Position numbers and translations under genes: made by a program. A stretch of DNA of 64,000 bases from sequence record OP599913.1. One strand, 5' to 3'. Shown here piece after piece: positions 18,238 through 27,747 of the stretch (positions are counted from its first letter, which is position 1; each line of letters opens with the position of its first letter). The notes below the pieces were generated by a model. It saw only the letters and a program-made list of their open reading frames with translations. It was not told the origin of the DNA and did not search any database.

Positions 18238-18438
18238 ATGACTCGTTTCGAGAACTCGGATAAGGAAAAGAAACCCAGTGTTCCTTTGCAGAACAAAATC
18301 GGGTTTGCGGGGATAGGGCCCGACGATGAGCCCATGTCGTGGACACTCACCCTCCCCGGTGAAAACTCGGTGGGTTACGCAGAACCCTTTCGACCTGAGA
18401 AAGAAGACCTGATCCCCCAACCGGTCTCTTTCGATTAA
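18238..18438 (+). CDS. small hypothetical protein (66 aa)
   Basis: ATG 1 nt after the upstream stop, GGGAG RBS, followed by a terminator. Confidence 0.6.
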   Translation: MTRFENSDKEKKPSVPLQNKIGFAGIGPDDEPMSWTLTLPGENSVGYAEPFRPEKEDLIPQPVSFD

Positions 18439-18450
18439 AAGCGTTGTATA

Positions 18451-18500
18451 CCCCTACCCAGCCCTTTTCGGCTGGGTAGGGGTTAATCTCTTTATTTTTG
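18451..18500. terminator. bidirectional terminator
   Basis: CCCCTACCCAGCC/GGCTGGGTAGGGG plus T tract between convergent genes. Confidence 0.8.
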
Positions 18501-18501
18501 T

Positions 18502-19557
18502 TTACTTCACTTTGGTAACACACGACGATCTGACCAGTTCGGTGATGTCGATCATCGTAGCTGCCACCGTCACGGTGATCTTATCCACCTCGACCACCCC
18601 ACTCAGCAATCCTTTCAGCTCATCGAGTCGCTTATTGAGGGCTTCCTTATCGGTGTCGTTACTGTAGTGGTTAATTTGACCTTCCACCTTGGCAATCTTG
18701 CTCTCCAGTGCTTGGCGGGTCTCAAAGATGCTCACCCAACTGTTGGACATTGCTTCTTCACAACGACCGATTTTGCGGACAAATTCCTTAGCGGAATTGA
18801 GGTCTTTGATCGTTGTCACTTTAGGCAGGCCGATAAGTCCATTCACGTATTGCTGGATACCAATAACCATGCCGTCCGCTACGCCAGAATCCTCACCTTC
18901 ATCCGCCAGTTTCTGGTACTTCGCTTTACGCTCATTCAAACGACCCACCGCGGCTTCCAGTTTGGCGACCTGGCTGCGCATTAGACTGCTGTGAATGATT
19001 CTGGAATCAAAGACTTCCTCGATCACCTTTTTAACCTGTTCAGGTTGGTGTTCCACCGGGAGGGCTTTAATGTCGTCAAGTTTCTTAACTACGGTCTCCT
19101 TAGCACTTTGGTCCTCGATCTTGTTGGCGATCTGAGTGGCTTCTTGGAGAACAGGACCCACGTTGGTCGTTGTCACCTTAGGACTCGCTACGGCGTCTAT
19201 CGCCTTTTCAGCGGCCTTAGCGGATTCATCTACCTTATCCAGTTTGTCTTTAACGTTCTTCTTGAAGAGACCCCCGAAGATCGACTTGAACAGGTTCTTG
19301 ATGTATTCCCAGGCTTTCTTAATCCCTTCGCCAATCGACGACAGGAACCCCTCATTCCCCGCCACTTCATTACGGGTCAGGTAACCCGCGGTATGGAGAA
19401 CGGACTGAAGGTAACGCTGATTCGCAGTCAGGTCCATTCCTTCAGTTCCCATGACCGTATCCGAAAGACCATCGAGTACTTGCTCAATATGTTCCATTTC
19501 TGGAACACCGTCCATCAGTTCGTCTTCGTATTCAACCGTGTTGGCTTGCTGTTCCAT
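18502..19557 (-). CDS. internal head (ejection/inner-body-type) protein with cleavable propeptide
   Basis: Acidic N-terminus, G-x-E sites (MGTE/G, AGNE/G), then amphipathic FLSSIGEGIKKAWEYIKNLFKSIFG, the layout of phiKZ-family processed head proteins. Confidence 0.7.
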   Translation of the reverse strand: MEQQANTVEYEDELMDGVPEMEHIEQVLDGLSDTVMGTEGMDLTANQRYLQSVLHTAGYLTRNEVAGNEGFLSSIGEGIKKAWEYIKNLFKSIFGGLFKKNVKDKLDKVDESAKAAEKAIDAVASPKVTTTNVGPVLQEATQIANKIEDQSAKETVVKKLDDIKALPVEHQPEQVKKVIEEVFDSRIIHSSLMRSQVAKLEAAVGRLNERKAKYQKLADEGEDSGVADGMVIGIQQYVNGLIGLPKVTTIKDLNSAKEFVRKIGRCEEAMSNSWVSIFETRQALESKIAKVEGQINHYSNDTDKEALNKRLDELKGLLSGVVEVDKITVTVAATMIDITELVRSSCVTKVK

Positions 19558-19574
19558 TATTTGCTCCTTAAGGG

Positions 19575-22397
19575 TTAAAAGAGTGAGAGAACACTCCGGG
19601 AGGTATACAAGGAATGGGTTTCAGGTTCATCCCCCATATCAAACATTTCTTGGCCGGTGATATTACCCAACAACTCATGGCCCTGTTCTTTACTCATAAG
19701 AATGTCCACTTGTTCCTTAGACCATTCCATGATGTTAATACTGCGGGTCATAATGTTGAGTTTATCCCCGGTGTCCATATCCAAGAGTTTAAAGTAACAG
19801 GGAGCATCCTGACCAGTACGCCAGGTACGGGCTTGGACCTGTTTCACTTCATACTCCCGGAAAGGCGCATTCAACAGAATGGTCAGGTTCGCCATAATCA
19901 AGGGATACCCTTCCTTCAGGGAATCAAAGATCGCAATCAACGCACGGAGAGTGGGGTCTTTCTCAAAGCGTTTGATATTGGTGTCTCGTTCGTTGCTGTT
20001 TTCACCGTATACTGTCACATTCGGATACCCGGCCTTCGTGAGGTATTCCTCGCAGAGTTTAAGGGCATCCACGTAGGAGGTAAAGATCAGAGTCTTCTTC
20101 TCCACGTTATCGATGAGCTCAGGGAGTCCTGCGTGCGCGATGGTGTCCTTAATAGCGTTAATACGGGCTCGTCCTAAAACGTTCCCTAAGGCCTCTCCAC
20201 GCAGTTTTAGACCCAAGTACTTAACCGCAGACTTAATGTTCCTGAAATCCTTCAGGGCGGTCCCTTTAAGGCCCTTCTCGATGTCTTCTTCCACCCGCTT
20301 ACAGAACTGACTGTCTTGGTTATCCGTAAAACTGTTATACCCCCGGGTTCTGAACCGGTGAACAATCTGTTTGTACTTCAACAGATTCTCAACCGCTTTA
20401 GCATTCCCCTGGATGGACAGTTCATACGACGTCAGAACATCGTTGTAGAATTCCAAGAAGCTCGGCATGTGTTTCGTATAGAACGCAATCCGTTCTCCAA
20501 TGTAAATCTGCATTTGGAGGCGAATAGCATCCAAGGTGTATTGATCCGAATTCGGGATCTTCACCTTAACCAGTTCCATAGGAGGAGGATCGCCCAATCC
20601 CACCAGTTCAGGAATGGTGAACTTCATACGTCCAATACGTCTACTCAGCAAATCCATTAACGAGGGACGGTTACGTCCATAGGACGCCATAAAGAACTCC
20701 CGAGCCTTCTTATCGAAGTAGGGATCGATCATACAGGTCGTTGGGAAGATTTCACTCCCCTGAGCCTTTAGCGGCGTCCCTGACATCGGAAGGTGATGCC
20801 CGAACAGTTCCATGTCGCACCATTCGATCAACTTCCGTGTACGGGCTGCTTTAGGGTCATTGAAGTTCTGGGATTCATCCAGAATCATCTTCAAAGCGCC
20901 TTTATGCTTCTTACTCAGCGCAATGAGGAAGTTCTCCAAGTATTTCCCCATACCACTGGTCATGTAATCGTAATGGACGATGTAGAAGTCATACCCTTCT
21001 TCTAAGACCTTACCGCTGATACTGGTCCAGATACGGGGTGGAACCTTAAAGTGCTGGAGGGGTTGTTCTACCCAGACTTTATCCACAATGTTCATAGGGC
21101 AAAAGACAACCGTCGGAGCCGTATTGATCAATTGAGACCACGCCAAGGACGTAAAGGTATTGTGGGTCACGATGTAGTCATCCACCACATACAGCTTCTC
21201 GTCATTATCCAAGGCAATGCAGCAAGTCTCTTGATTCTCCACTTTCTCCCAGTACGCCAGCTTCAGTTGCAGGTCTTCATACTGGGAGAAGTTATACATT
21301 CCTTGAATACGGGGATTGTCTCCAATTAACCCAGTCATCATCTTGCCGACGTCTCGGTGCTTAAAGTCAACCTTATACAAACCGTTAACCAACACTGGCT
21401 CCGTAGCTGTTCCTCCAATGGACCACATCAACCGACGGAAGTTCTCCATCCCAATCCGGTTCTCGTGATACGCGGATAAGACGGATTCACTGATTAAACA
21501 CCCCACGTGTTCAATCACCGATGTGACTATATTAAAGCGATCCCGATACGGGAGCTCCAATACGTTGTCCCCTATTACAACGTCGGTATTGACCAGCTCC
21601 CTTGCAGCGACTTCAGAAGACGTATCGCAATGGGGGTTGCATCCATTGATCTCACCCACTAAGGGGAAGTACACATCCTCTTTACGGGCTTTATGGAGTA
21701 CTTCCAACGTGGTTAAGATTTCATCGACCCCATTCACCGTGGTTTTCCACAAATGATACGGATGAGAGTCAGCCGTTCTACCGTCTTCGAAATAGAAGCG
21801 ATAAACTTCCGTGATCCCCTGGGGGTAAATACTCTCCACACACGCGGTATCGCCTCCAGGGGTCACTACGATATCCTTGACCTTTAGGTCACCCAAGGCT
21901 TTCCACCCATTCGGGACCTTAACCCGAGTTGAGAGTGGCATGGCTTTCCCTGAACCTGGTTTAGCATCCAGCAGCATCCCTTTCAAGTGATAACTGTTCA
22001 CAATGATCGGGTATTGCTGAAGGAAGTCCAACTGCTGAGGAAAGGGAACTGTGTTGAACTGATTCAGTTTCTTAAGATCGAAGGGTTTACCCCCCGGATT
22101 AACCGTATCTTTAATCCAGGTCTCGGTTTCAATGAGTTCCTTCAGTTCACTCAACGCTCGTCTGCGGGTACGAAGGTTCCGTATTTTGAGGAGTTCCCCC
22201 ACAATGTGGTGCAATTCTACCAGGAAGAAGTTATGCACCTTAATGGTGTCCCAGGATTCGCGTCGAATCTGATGTTTCGTTAAGAGAGAAGTGCTGTAGA
22301 ACTTCTCAATGTCTTTGGCTAAATCGTAATAGGACACGCCCGTAATGTGTACGTAGTCTCCCGTTTGTTTGATCTTAACTGAAAACAGTCCTAACAT
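19575..22397 (-). CDS. SF2 (SNF2-like) helicase precursor containing an intein
   Basis: Walker A PGSGK|T interrupted by intein, LDESQN (motif II variant), MSGTP (III), SLKEG and QARTWRTGQ (V/VI). Confidence 0.9.
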   Translation of the reverse strand: MLGLFSVKIKQTGDYVHITGVSYYDLAKDIEKFYSTSLLTKHQIRRESWDTIKVHNFFLVELHHIVGELLKIRNLRTRRRALSELKELIETETWIKDTVNPGGKPFDLKKLNQFNTVPFPQQLDFLQQYPIIVNSYHLKGMLLDAKPGSGKAMPLSTRVKVPNGWKALGDLKVKDIVVTPGGDTACVESIYPQGITEVYRFYFEDGRTADSHPYHLWKTTVNGVDEILTTLEVLHKARKEDVYFPLVGEINGCNPHCDTSSEVAARELVNTDVVIGDNVLELPYRDRFNIVTSVIEHVGCLISESVLSAYHENRIGMENFRRLMWSIGGTATEPVLVNGLYKVDFKHRDVGKMMTGLIGDNPRIQGMYNFSQYEDLQLKLAYWEKVENQETCCIALDNDEKLYVVDDYIVTHNTFTSLAWSQLINTAPTVVFCPMNIVDKVWVEQPLQHFKVPPRIWTSISGKVLEEGYDFYIVHYDYMTSGMGKYLENFLIALSKKHKGALKMILDESQNFNDPKAARTRKLIEWCDMELFGHHLPMSGTPLKAQGSEIFPTTCMIDPYFDKKAREFFMASYGRNRPSLMDLLSRRIGRMKFTIPELVGLGDPPPMELVKVKIPNSDQYTLDAIRLQMQIYIGERIAFYTKHMPSFLEFYNDVLTSYELSIQGNAKAVENLLKYKQIVHRFRTRGYNSFTDNQDSQFCKRVEEDIEKGLKGTALKDFRNIKSAVKYLGLKLRGEALGNVLGRARINAIKDTIAHAGLPELIDNVEKKTLIFTSYVDALKLCEEYLTKAGYPNVTVYGENSNERDTNIKRFEKDPTLRALIAIFDSLKEGYPLIMANLTILLNAPFREYEVKQVQARTWRTGQDAPCYFKLLDMDTGDKLNIMTRSINIMEWSKEQVDILMSKEQGHELLGNITGQEMFDMGDEPETHSLYTSRSVLSLF
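21159..21944 (-). mobile_element. class 3 intein (262 aa) in the helicase P-loop
   Basis: Starts with Ala after GSGK, ends VTHN before Thr+1; WCT triplet: HLW (block B), TCCIAL (block F), VTHN (block G). Confidence 0.92.
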
Positions 22398-22426
22398 TGA
22401 AGTCGTCCTTAAAGAAGGGGTTTAAA

Positions 22427-23593
22427 ATGCGTCAAGTAGAAGTAGGATCCGTGGGCTATAACAACCTGGCTCGTCTATACGACCACCTGTGGGGTGGAGA
22501 ATTGGTTGAGGTAGCCCAACGGGTAGAAGGGGAAACGGAATATCGAGATGTGCTGACCCTCGGAGATGTCGAAATCCATCACTTTTTTACCCTCAATAAA
22601 GAAGGTAAAGAAGAAGCCTACGTGCGGTATACCCGTGACAACGGTACCCTCACGTTCCGACTGAACGAGAAGTGGACCCAATACCTCTTCAATGACGAAA
22701 TCTTCACCATTCCAGAAGAGATCGTAGAGGGTATGGGGAGGGTCTCTATAGAGTTCCCCAGTAGTTGGTTACAGGTCGCGGCTAAACACCCCGCTGATGA
22801 TGTGCTTCAAGATGACCTGAAAACCACGGATAAACTGGTGATTAAACTCTCCAATAAACTCCGTCATGCCGTGGATGTTATCACCAAGAAAAGCAATCAT
22901 TTGGTTGAATGGGTAGGTAAACGTGACCACGACCTCTACCTCACGTTCAAAACCAAGAAAGACAACCTTTCTTACTTCACGGTTCGGTTTGATAAAGTCT
23001 ACCCTGAAGTCCCTAAAGAAGGGATTACCCTCGGGGAAGGGGAAACGTTGGAGATCGATAACCCCGATAATCGTCAGGAAGTTAAGGACCTTATTAAGTC
23101 TATCGGTGAACTGGAAAACCAAGTGAACCGTCAGATTCAATATTACCGCAAGCATGCAGACCTGACTAACGCGGGTAAAGCACTCTTCGAGCAGGAAGTC
23201 CGTACCCTTCTATTTGCCGCCAGTCACTTCAGCAAACGCATTTATCCTTTCAACAGTGTACATGGTAAGGAATGGTTGGATAAGGCGGCTAACGAGATCC
23301 TGGAGCGCTTGTACGCCTATAAAGCCACCACAGACGTTCCCTTCGGGTTGGATGTGAACAGTTGGTTCGTGTGGAGTTATCCACTGGATGGGAGTGAGCC
23401 GGTTAAGGTCACGGATGAATCGGTTGACTTCATTGAACGCGTACTTAATCGGTACACGGAGAGTTTTGTTGATATCCTGACGGGTTTCCTGATGGATTTG
23501 AACCACACGGAAGTCATCCGCCCGTATCACTACGTAGTTCCTGCTGACCTCAGTGACGGATACTCGATCGGCTCGATTCGTCGGGTAAAATAA
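22427..23593 (+). CDS. hypothetical protein (~388 aa)
   Basis: ORF track 22397..23593; ATG 22427 has GAAGGGG upstream. Confidence 0.8.
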   Translation: MRQVEVGSVGYNNLARLYDHLWGGELVEVAQRVEGETEYRDVLTLGDVEIHHFFTLNKEGKEEAYVRYTRDNGTLTFRLNEKWTQYLFNDEIFTIPEEIVEGMGRVSIEFPSSWLQVAAKHPADDVLQDDLKTTDKLVIKLSNKLRHAVDVITKKSNHLVEWVGKRDHDLYLTFKTKKDNLSYFTVRFDKVYPEVPKEGITLGEGETLEIDNPDNRQEVKDLIKSIGELENQVNRQIQYYRKHADLTNAGKALFEQEVRTLLFAASHFSKRIYPFNSVHGKEWLDKAANEILERLYAYKATTDVPFGLDVNSWFVWSYPLDGSEPVKVTDESVDFIERVLNRYTESFVDILTGFLMDLNHTEVIRPYHYVVPADLSDGYSIGSIRRVK

Positions 23594-23600
23594 CGAAAAC

Positions 23601-23642
23601 GACTATACTCCAGGAGAGCCCAACGGCTCTCCTGGAGTAGTC
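23601..23642. terminator. bidirectional hairpin terminator
   Basis: GACTATACTCCAGGAGAGCC/GGCTCTCCTGGAGTAGTC between convergent stops. Confidence 0.75.
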
Positions 23643-23646
23643 GGTA

Positions 23647-24279
23647 TTACGGTACACCTAATCGAGACTCTAGATCCTTAATGTACTCATCCCTGGCCAC
23701 TAAGGCCGCTTCCAGATCCCGGATACGAGACAAATCATTACTGTCATCCGTAATCGTGTTCTTGCGGGTGGTTTCAAACACATCATGCTCATTCTTCGAG
23801 ACATACCCAATGACCGGTACAGTTCCCAAAGTGGATTTCCCTTCCACTCCGAAATGGGCTTTGATGTAGGTATCGAAATGCTGCATCGCCAAGACGAGGT
23901 TATCCTTCATCTCGGGGGGTAATGCACCGCAGTCGGTGACAATACACATGCGTTCGTACGAATACCCATCTACCAACGGGAAACTCTTCAGGTAGGTGGT
24001 CAGTACATAGACCGGAGGGCCACTCCGCGGTATTAACGACACCACCACGGCGTTTTCACTGATCGCCTTTTCCAGTACCGCAGGGTAATCTGCTTCGCTG
24101 AGTCCAATGGGTTTAAAGACCCGCTCGTAGATCTTAATCTTCAATCCCTGCATTTCAGGGATCGTTCGAGTGGCCTCTACGGTGTAGAACGTATTGGGAT
24201 TCACCACGGTTGAGAAGGGTGCGATAGCTTCAAACCGTCCGGCTGCACCAATGGCTGGAATGATGTTTTGCTCAGCCAT
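23647..24279 (-). CDS. putative virion structural protein
   Basis: 210-aa ORF coupled to 24283..25629; position next to the SF2 helicase recalls phiKZ-family virion genes (synteny from memory). Confidence 0.65.
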   Translation of the reverse strand: MAEQNIIPAIGAAGRFEAIAPFSTVVNPNTFYTVEATRTIPEMQGLKIKIYERVFKPIGLSEADYPAVLEKAISENAVVVSLIPRSGPPVYVLTTYLKSFPLVDGYSYERMCIVTDCGALPPEMKDNLVLAMQHFDTYIKAHFGVEGKSTLGTVPVIGYVSKNEHDVFETTRKNTITDDSNDLSRIRDLEAALVARDEYIKDLESRLGVP

Positions 24280-24282
24280 TCA

Positions 24283-25629
24283 TTAATCCTCCTCTACAAT
24301 CCCGTCTTGAATCATTTGCCACCGGGTGAACATCACGTATTTCACTTTACCAATACGCTTGGCCACACAGACCTTATCCAAGCGAGTCAGACGGCTGACC
24401 CCGGGAGGCAGCAAAGAGAACGGCGTAACCACTTCAGCGGCTGCTACCAGGTCCTCCATTCCACGGATAAACGCCATAGTAGCCTCACCCATGGATCCAA
24501 AATCAGGATCCAGGGAGGGGATCAATTGGTACTGGGGAACAATTGAACGAATCTTCTGCATCCCTTGACGGTTGTTCTTTTTAGCTACAAACCCAATCTG
24601 TACCGATTTATACAGCATGGGTAGGGTTTGGAAGGATTTTATGATGAAGTCTTCTGGTATTGTTGGGACCAAGTACCGCTTGGCAATATCGATTTCAGTC
24701 TCACGATCGACAATGGGGGAGAACGAGCTAGCGCCGGTGGTGCGGTCTACAATCCCAATCATGTCGAAACGGGGGATGGCATAGAACTCCAGCGGGTTGA
24801 AGAGATCGGGGATCTTTTCTTCCCAATCTTCACGGGGATACTTCGAATCTTTCAAGATCTCATCTTGAATCTGTTCGTAGAGCTGATCTTCCGCCTCGGT
24901 ACCATTACCCCAGGACAGGATAGACCAGTACCCCATGTTGAACTTGCCGGTGTTAATCAGGTCAAGTATCTGGAATTCTTCGACGTTGCGCTCTGTATAG
25001 GGCCAGCCTGCATTCCGAGTCGCTTCATGTTCACGTTGCGCGATGACCGTCGGGGTTTCCCGTGCGAACCGCTCAGCAATCTGCTGATAGTTCATGGTCA
25101 TCAGGTTGTCCATCTCGTTTAACGGGATGGGGTGGATAATCGTAAACTGAACACGGGGATACTGGATCAGGAAGTACGCGTCAGCCATCCACAAGTAGAA
25201 CGGCTGCTTATCACCACCCACGACATGATAGCCACGAACAAAGCTCGGTAGCCAGATCGTGTTATTGGTGACCATTTCACCAACGTCTTCAATCACAACA
25301 TTGGTGGTGAATTGGGCTTTGAGTAGCGCAAGGGTGTTAGGACGACTGTCAGTGACTTTCCCACTAAGAGCTTGTTCATACAACCAGTTGGACACACCGA
25401 TTTGAGCTTCAGCAATCGCTTGCGGCATAACAATCTCTGTTCCATCGGTTTCGGAATAGAAATTGACCAATACGGTTGCACTGGGAATGTTCGCAGCCAG
25501 GGTAAACTTACCCGGGTCTTTGGCGTAACTGTTGGACTTGTTCGACAGCTCGCCAATAGGGGAGGTTGTGAGTAGACTGTTGTCGTGAAGCTTTGCTATA
25601 CTTGCGAAAGAAAGGAACGTGGTACTCAT
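24283..25629 (-). CDS. putative virion structural protein
   Basis: 448-aa ORF; same synteny argument. Confidence 0.65.
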   Translation of the reverse strand: MSTTFLSFASIAKLHDNSLLTTSPIGELSNKSNSYAKDPGKFTLAANIPSATVLVNFYSETDGTEIVMPQAIAEAQIGVSNWLYEQALSGKVTDSRPNTLALLKAQFTTNVVIEDVGEMVTNNTIWLPSFVRGYHVVGGDKQPFYLWMADAYFLIQYPRVQFTIIHPIPLNEMDNLMTMNYQQIAERFARETPTVIAQREHEATRNAGWPYTERNVEEFQILDLINTGKFNMGYWSILSWGNGTEAEDQLYEQIQDEILKDSKYPREDWEEKIPDLFNPLEFYAIPRFDMIGIVDRTTGASSFSPIVDRETEIDIAKRYLVPTIPEDFIIKSFQTLPMLYKSVQIGFVAKKNNRQGMQKIRSIVPQYQLIPSLDPDFGSMGEATMAFIRGMEDLVAAAEVVTPFSLLPPGVSRLTRLDKVCVAKRIGKVKYVMFTRWQMIQDGIVEED

Positions 25630-25662
25630 GATTGGCTCACCGTTGATGTAAGGAATACGCCC

Positions 25663-26118
25663 ATGGTTTTAGGTATTGCAAAGGAGATGGCGGATAGATT
25701 CATAGAATTCGTTCTTAAATTCTTCAAAGGGGAGTCTGCTGAAGACCAACTGAGCAAAGCCCTTAAAGTTTCAGTACTTACTATTGCCCTGCTACTGTTT
25801 GGTTTGTTTGCATTGTTGAGTAACAACCTCAACCTGCGCATGGATCTGGCGGATGCTGAAATTGGTCTGGCTAAGATTAATATGCTCTTCGATCCTACTG
25901 TGGGGGAAGGGGGACCTTTAAAAGAGTTCGTTCGTATCAATGATGCGTTGAGTCGACAACTAGACAGTGTTAAGAATCAAAATATCATCTTGTCGAAACG
26001 AACCATTACTGCAACGGCTGAAAACAAGGTGCTTAAGGAACACCTACTTAAGGTCCTTGAAGAGAACAAGATTCTACAAAATAATAACCAAATGCTGTTG
26101 AGAAAATGCACACAATAG
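25663..26118 (+). CDS. membrane protein with C-terminal coiled coil
   Basis: TAAGGA RBS before ATG 25663; hydrophobic VSVLTIALLLFGLFALL followed by a heptad-rich tail. Confidence 0.72.
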   Translation: MVLGIAKEMADRFIEFVLKFFKGESAEDQLSKALKVSVLTIALLLFGLFALLSNNLNLRMDLADAEIGLAKINMLFDPTVGEGGPLKEFVRINDALSRQLDSVKNQNIILSKRTITATAENKVLKEHLLKVLEENKILQNNNQMLLRKCTQ

Positions 26119-26184
26119 GGACCGGTTAAATTCCACAAGGATGTGTATCCCATGTACACGCACCTACTAGAATGAGTTAACGTA

Positions 26185-27696
26185 ATGGAAGCCATCACAC
26201 CGTCTGTCAACTGGGTTATGTACCTCCTGGTGGGGCATAACAGCAAGTTAAAGAAAAACGGCTACTTCCTGGGTGGTCATGGGTATTCTTACGATATCCA
26301 ACAAGAAGGCAAACGTAAGCTGACCAAGGATGTCCCGACGTCAGCGGGGTATTACACCGGTAATCCTCAGAAGACCAACACGGCTGTAACGATTCGGGAT
26401 ATTGTGTCGTTGACCGTAGTGAATGCGGAGAGTGAGCTGGAAGCCCTCTTGAAGGGATATTGGGAAATCCTGAATGCCCTTACCACTGATCCCATCCTGA
26501 AGAACCTGTGTGTCATTACCGAACACAAAGTCTTGGAAGCCTTGAGTAAGGTAGTTAAGGAGAACGTCGAAGCCACTGAAGAGTTCAAGCTCGGAAGACT
26601 GGTTTTAAGTGCAACAGAGCGAGCGGTGTTGTTAGACATCCTCACCTGCTTGGAAATAGCGAGTCAAACAGACCGTCGGGTGGTCTTCGATTTCCCAGGT
26701 GTTGCAGAAGGGGGTCAAGGGAATAAGGAAGCTGCCAAACAAAGGGACCTTGCTGAAACGATCAGTCTGTTTGGGTTCAAGAAGGAAACTAACCTGGAAG
26801 TGGTTTCCCGTAAGGAGTATGAAAACCCAGAGGTGGAATTCAACAAGATCGTCAGTGCCTCTCGGTGGTATTTCAATACCTTGGATCCTGAAGCGTTCTA
26901 TAAAGAACAACACGGGTATCGGGTGTACGGGTTTGGTAAAGTCGAACGGGATAAAACGTACTACGGTAAGCTTACCCCAGATGTGACCTATTCCAAACTC
27001 TACACCAAACGACCCCTTCGTTTGCTGGATAAGTTGTTTGACTTTACGGTACAACGGATTGCCAATCCCGAGGGGTATTTGTCAGCAGGGGATCTGAACC
27101 ACATTGTTACCAAGGATGTGGCGCGGTTAGTGGACCATTTCCCAGGGGTTCCTAAGGAAAAGGAACTGATCTCCCCTTTCACCAAACAGAACACGAAACC
27201 GGTTCTGATTGAGCTTATATCCCCGGTCTTGATGTCGTATCGGATCAGGGATTTCTTAATTGGGATGGATATTCTGTTTGAAGGGTTTATGAACAAGGAT
27301 ACCGAGAACCGGTATGGATATCTGACGTTCTACATTATCACGGATTTGATTTACCAGAAGGAAGTCAATGGAAAAGGGGTGGAGAAACTTAAGCTGGATC
27401 CAGCCTTTACCCAGACTCGGGAAACGATCAGTTTAAAGGTCACTCATCCCAGTGCAATTAAGCCGGTAACCATCAAGCTGTCCATTGGGTACGACACTCC
27501 GGATCGGAACGCTTTTAATTCGATTACGGACCCTAAGGTTAAGGTCTGGTGTGTGACAGACACCCGGAACAAGGAAGGTTTGCGGTACGCGACGATTGTG
27601 GAGACGGATGAGTTTATCTATGTCCATACGTCGGCGATTGCTAACCTTCGGGTGTTAACCTTGGCGGAGTTAGGACGAAGTACTGATAAAGCGTGA
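26185..27696 (+). CDS. RNase H-like protein, apparently degenerate active site
   Basis: GGHGYSY..PTSAGY..SELEAL..ITEHKVL resembles jumbo-phage RNase HI pattern; precedes the RecA-like gene as in phiKZ relatives. Confidence 0.5.
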   Translation: MEAITPSVNWVMYLLVGHNSKLKKNGYFLGGHGYSYDIQQEGKRKLTKDVPTSAGYYTGNPQKTNTAVTIRDIVSLTVVNAESELEALLKGYWEILNALTTDPILKNLCVITEHKVLEALSKVVKENVEATEEFKLGRLVLSATERAVLLDILTCLEIASQTDRRVVFDFPGVAEGGQGNKEAAKQRDLAETISLFGFKKETNLEVVSRKEYENPEVEFNKIVSASRWYFNTLDPEAFYKEQHGYRVYGFGKVERDKTYYGKLTPDVTYSKLYTKRPLRLLDKLFDFTVQRIANPEGYLSAGDLNHIVTKDVARLVDHFPGVPKEKELISPFTKQNTKPVLIELISPVLMSYRIRDFLIGMDILFEGFMNKDTENRYGYLTFYIITDLIYQKEVNGKGVEKLKLDPAFTQTRETISLKVTHPSAIKPVTIKLSIGYDTPDRNAFNSITDPKVKVWCVTDTRNKEGLRYATIVETDEFIYVHTSAIANLRVLTLAELGRSTDKA

Positions 27697-27700
27697 ACAT

Positions 27701-27738
27701 TATACCTACTGGGAGGTTCACACCTCCCAGTAGGTATA
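27701..27738. terminator. bidirectional hairpin terminator
   Basis: TATACCTACTGGGAGG/CCTCCCAGTAGGTATA between convergent stops. Confidence 0.75.
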
Positions 27739-27747
27739 CGTATGTTA

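Noticed and set aside
25663-26118. Holin or spanin call for the single-TM coiled-coil protein
   Set aside because: 28 kb from the endolysin, no embedded lipoprotein o-spanin seen; topology alone is insufficient
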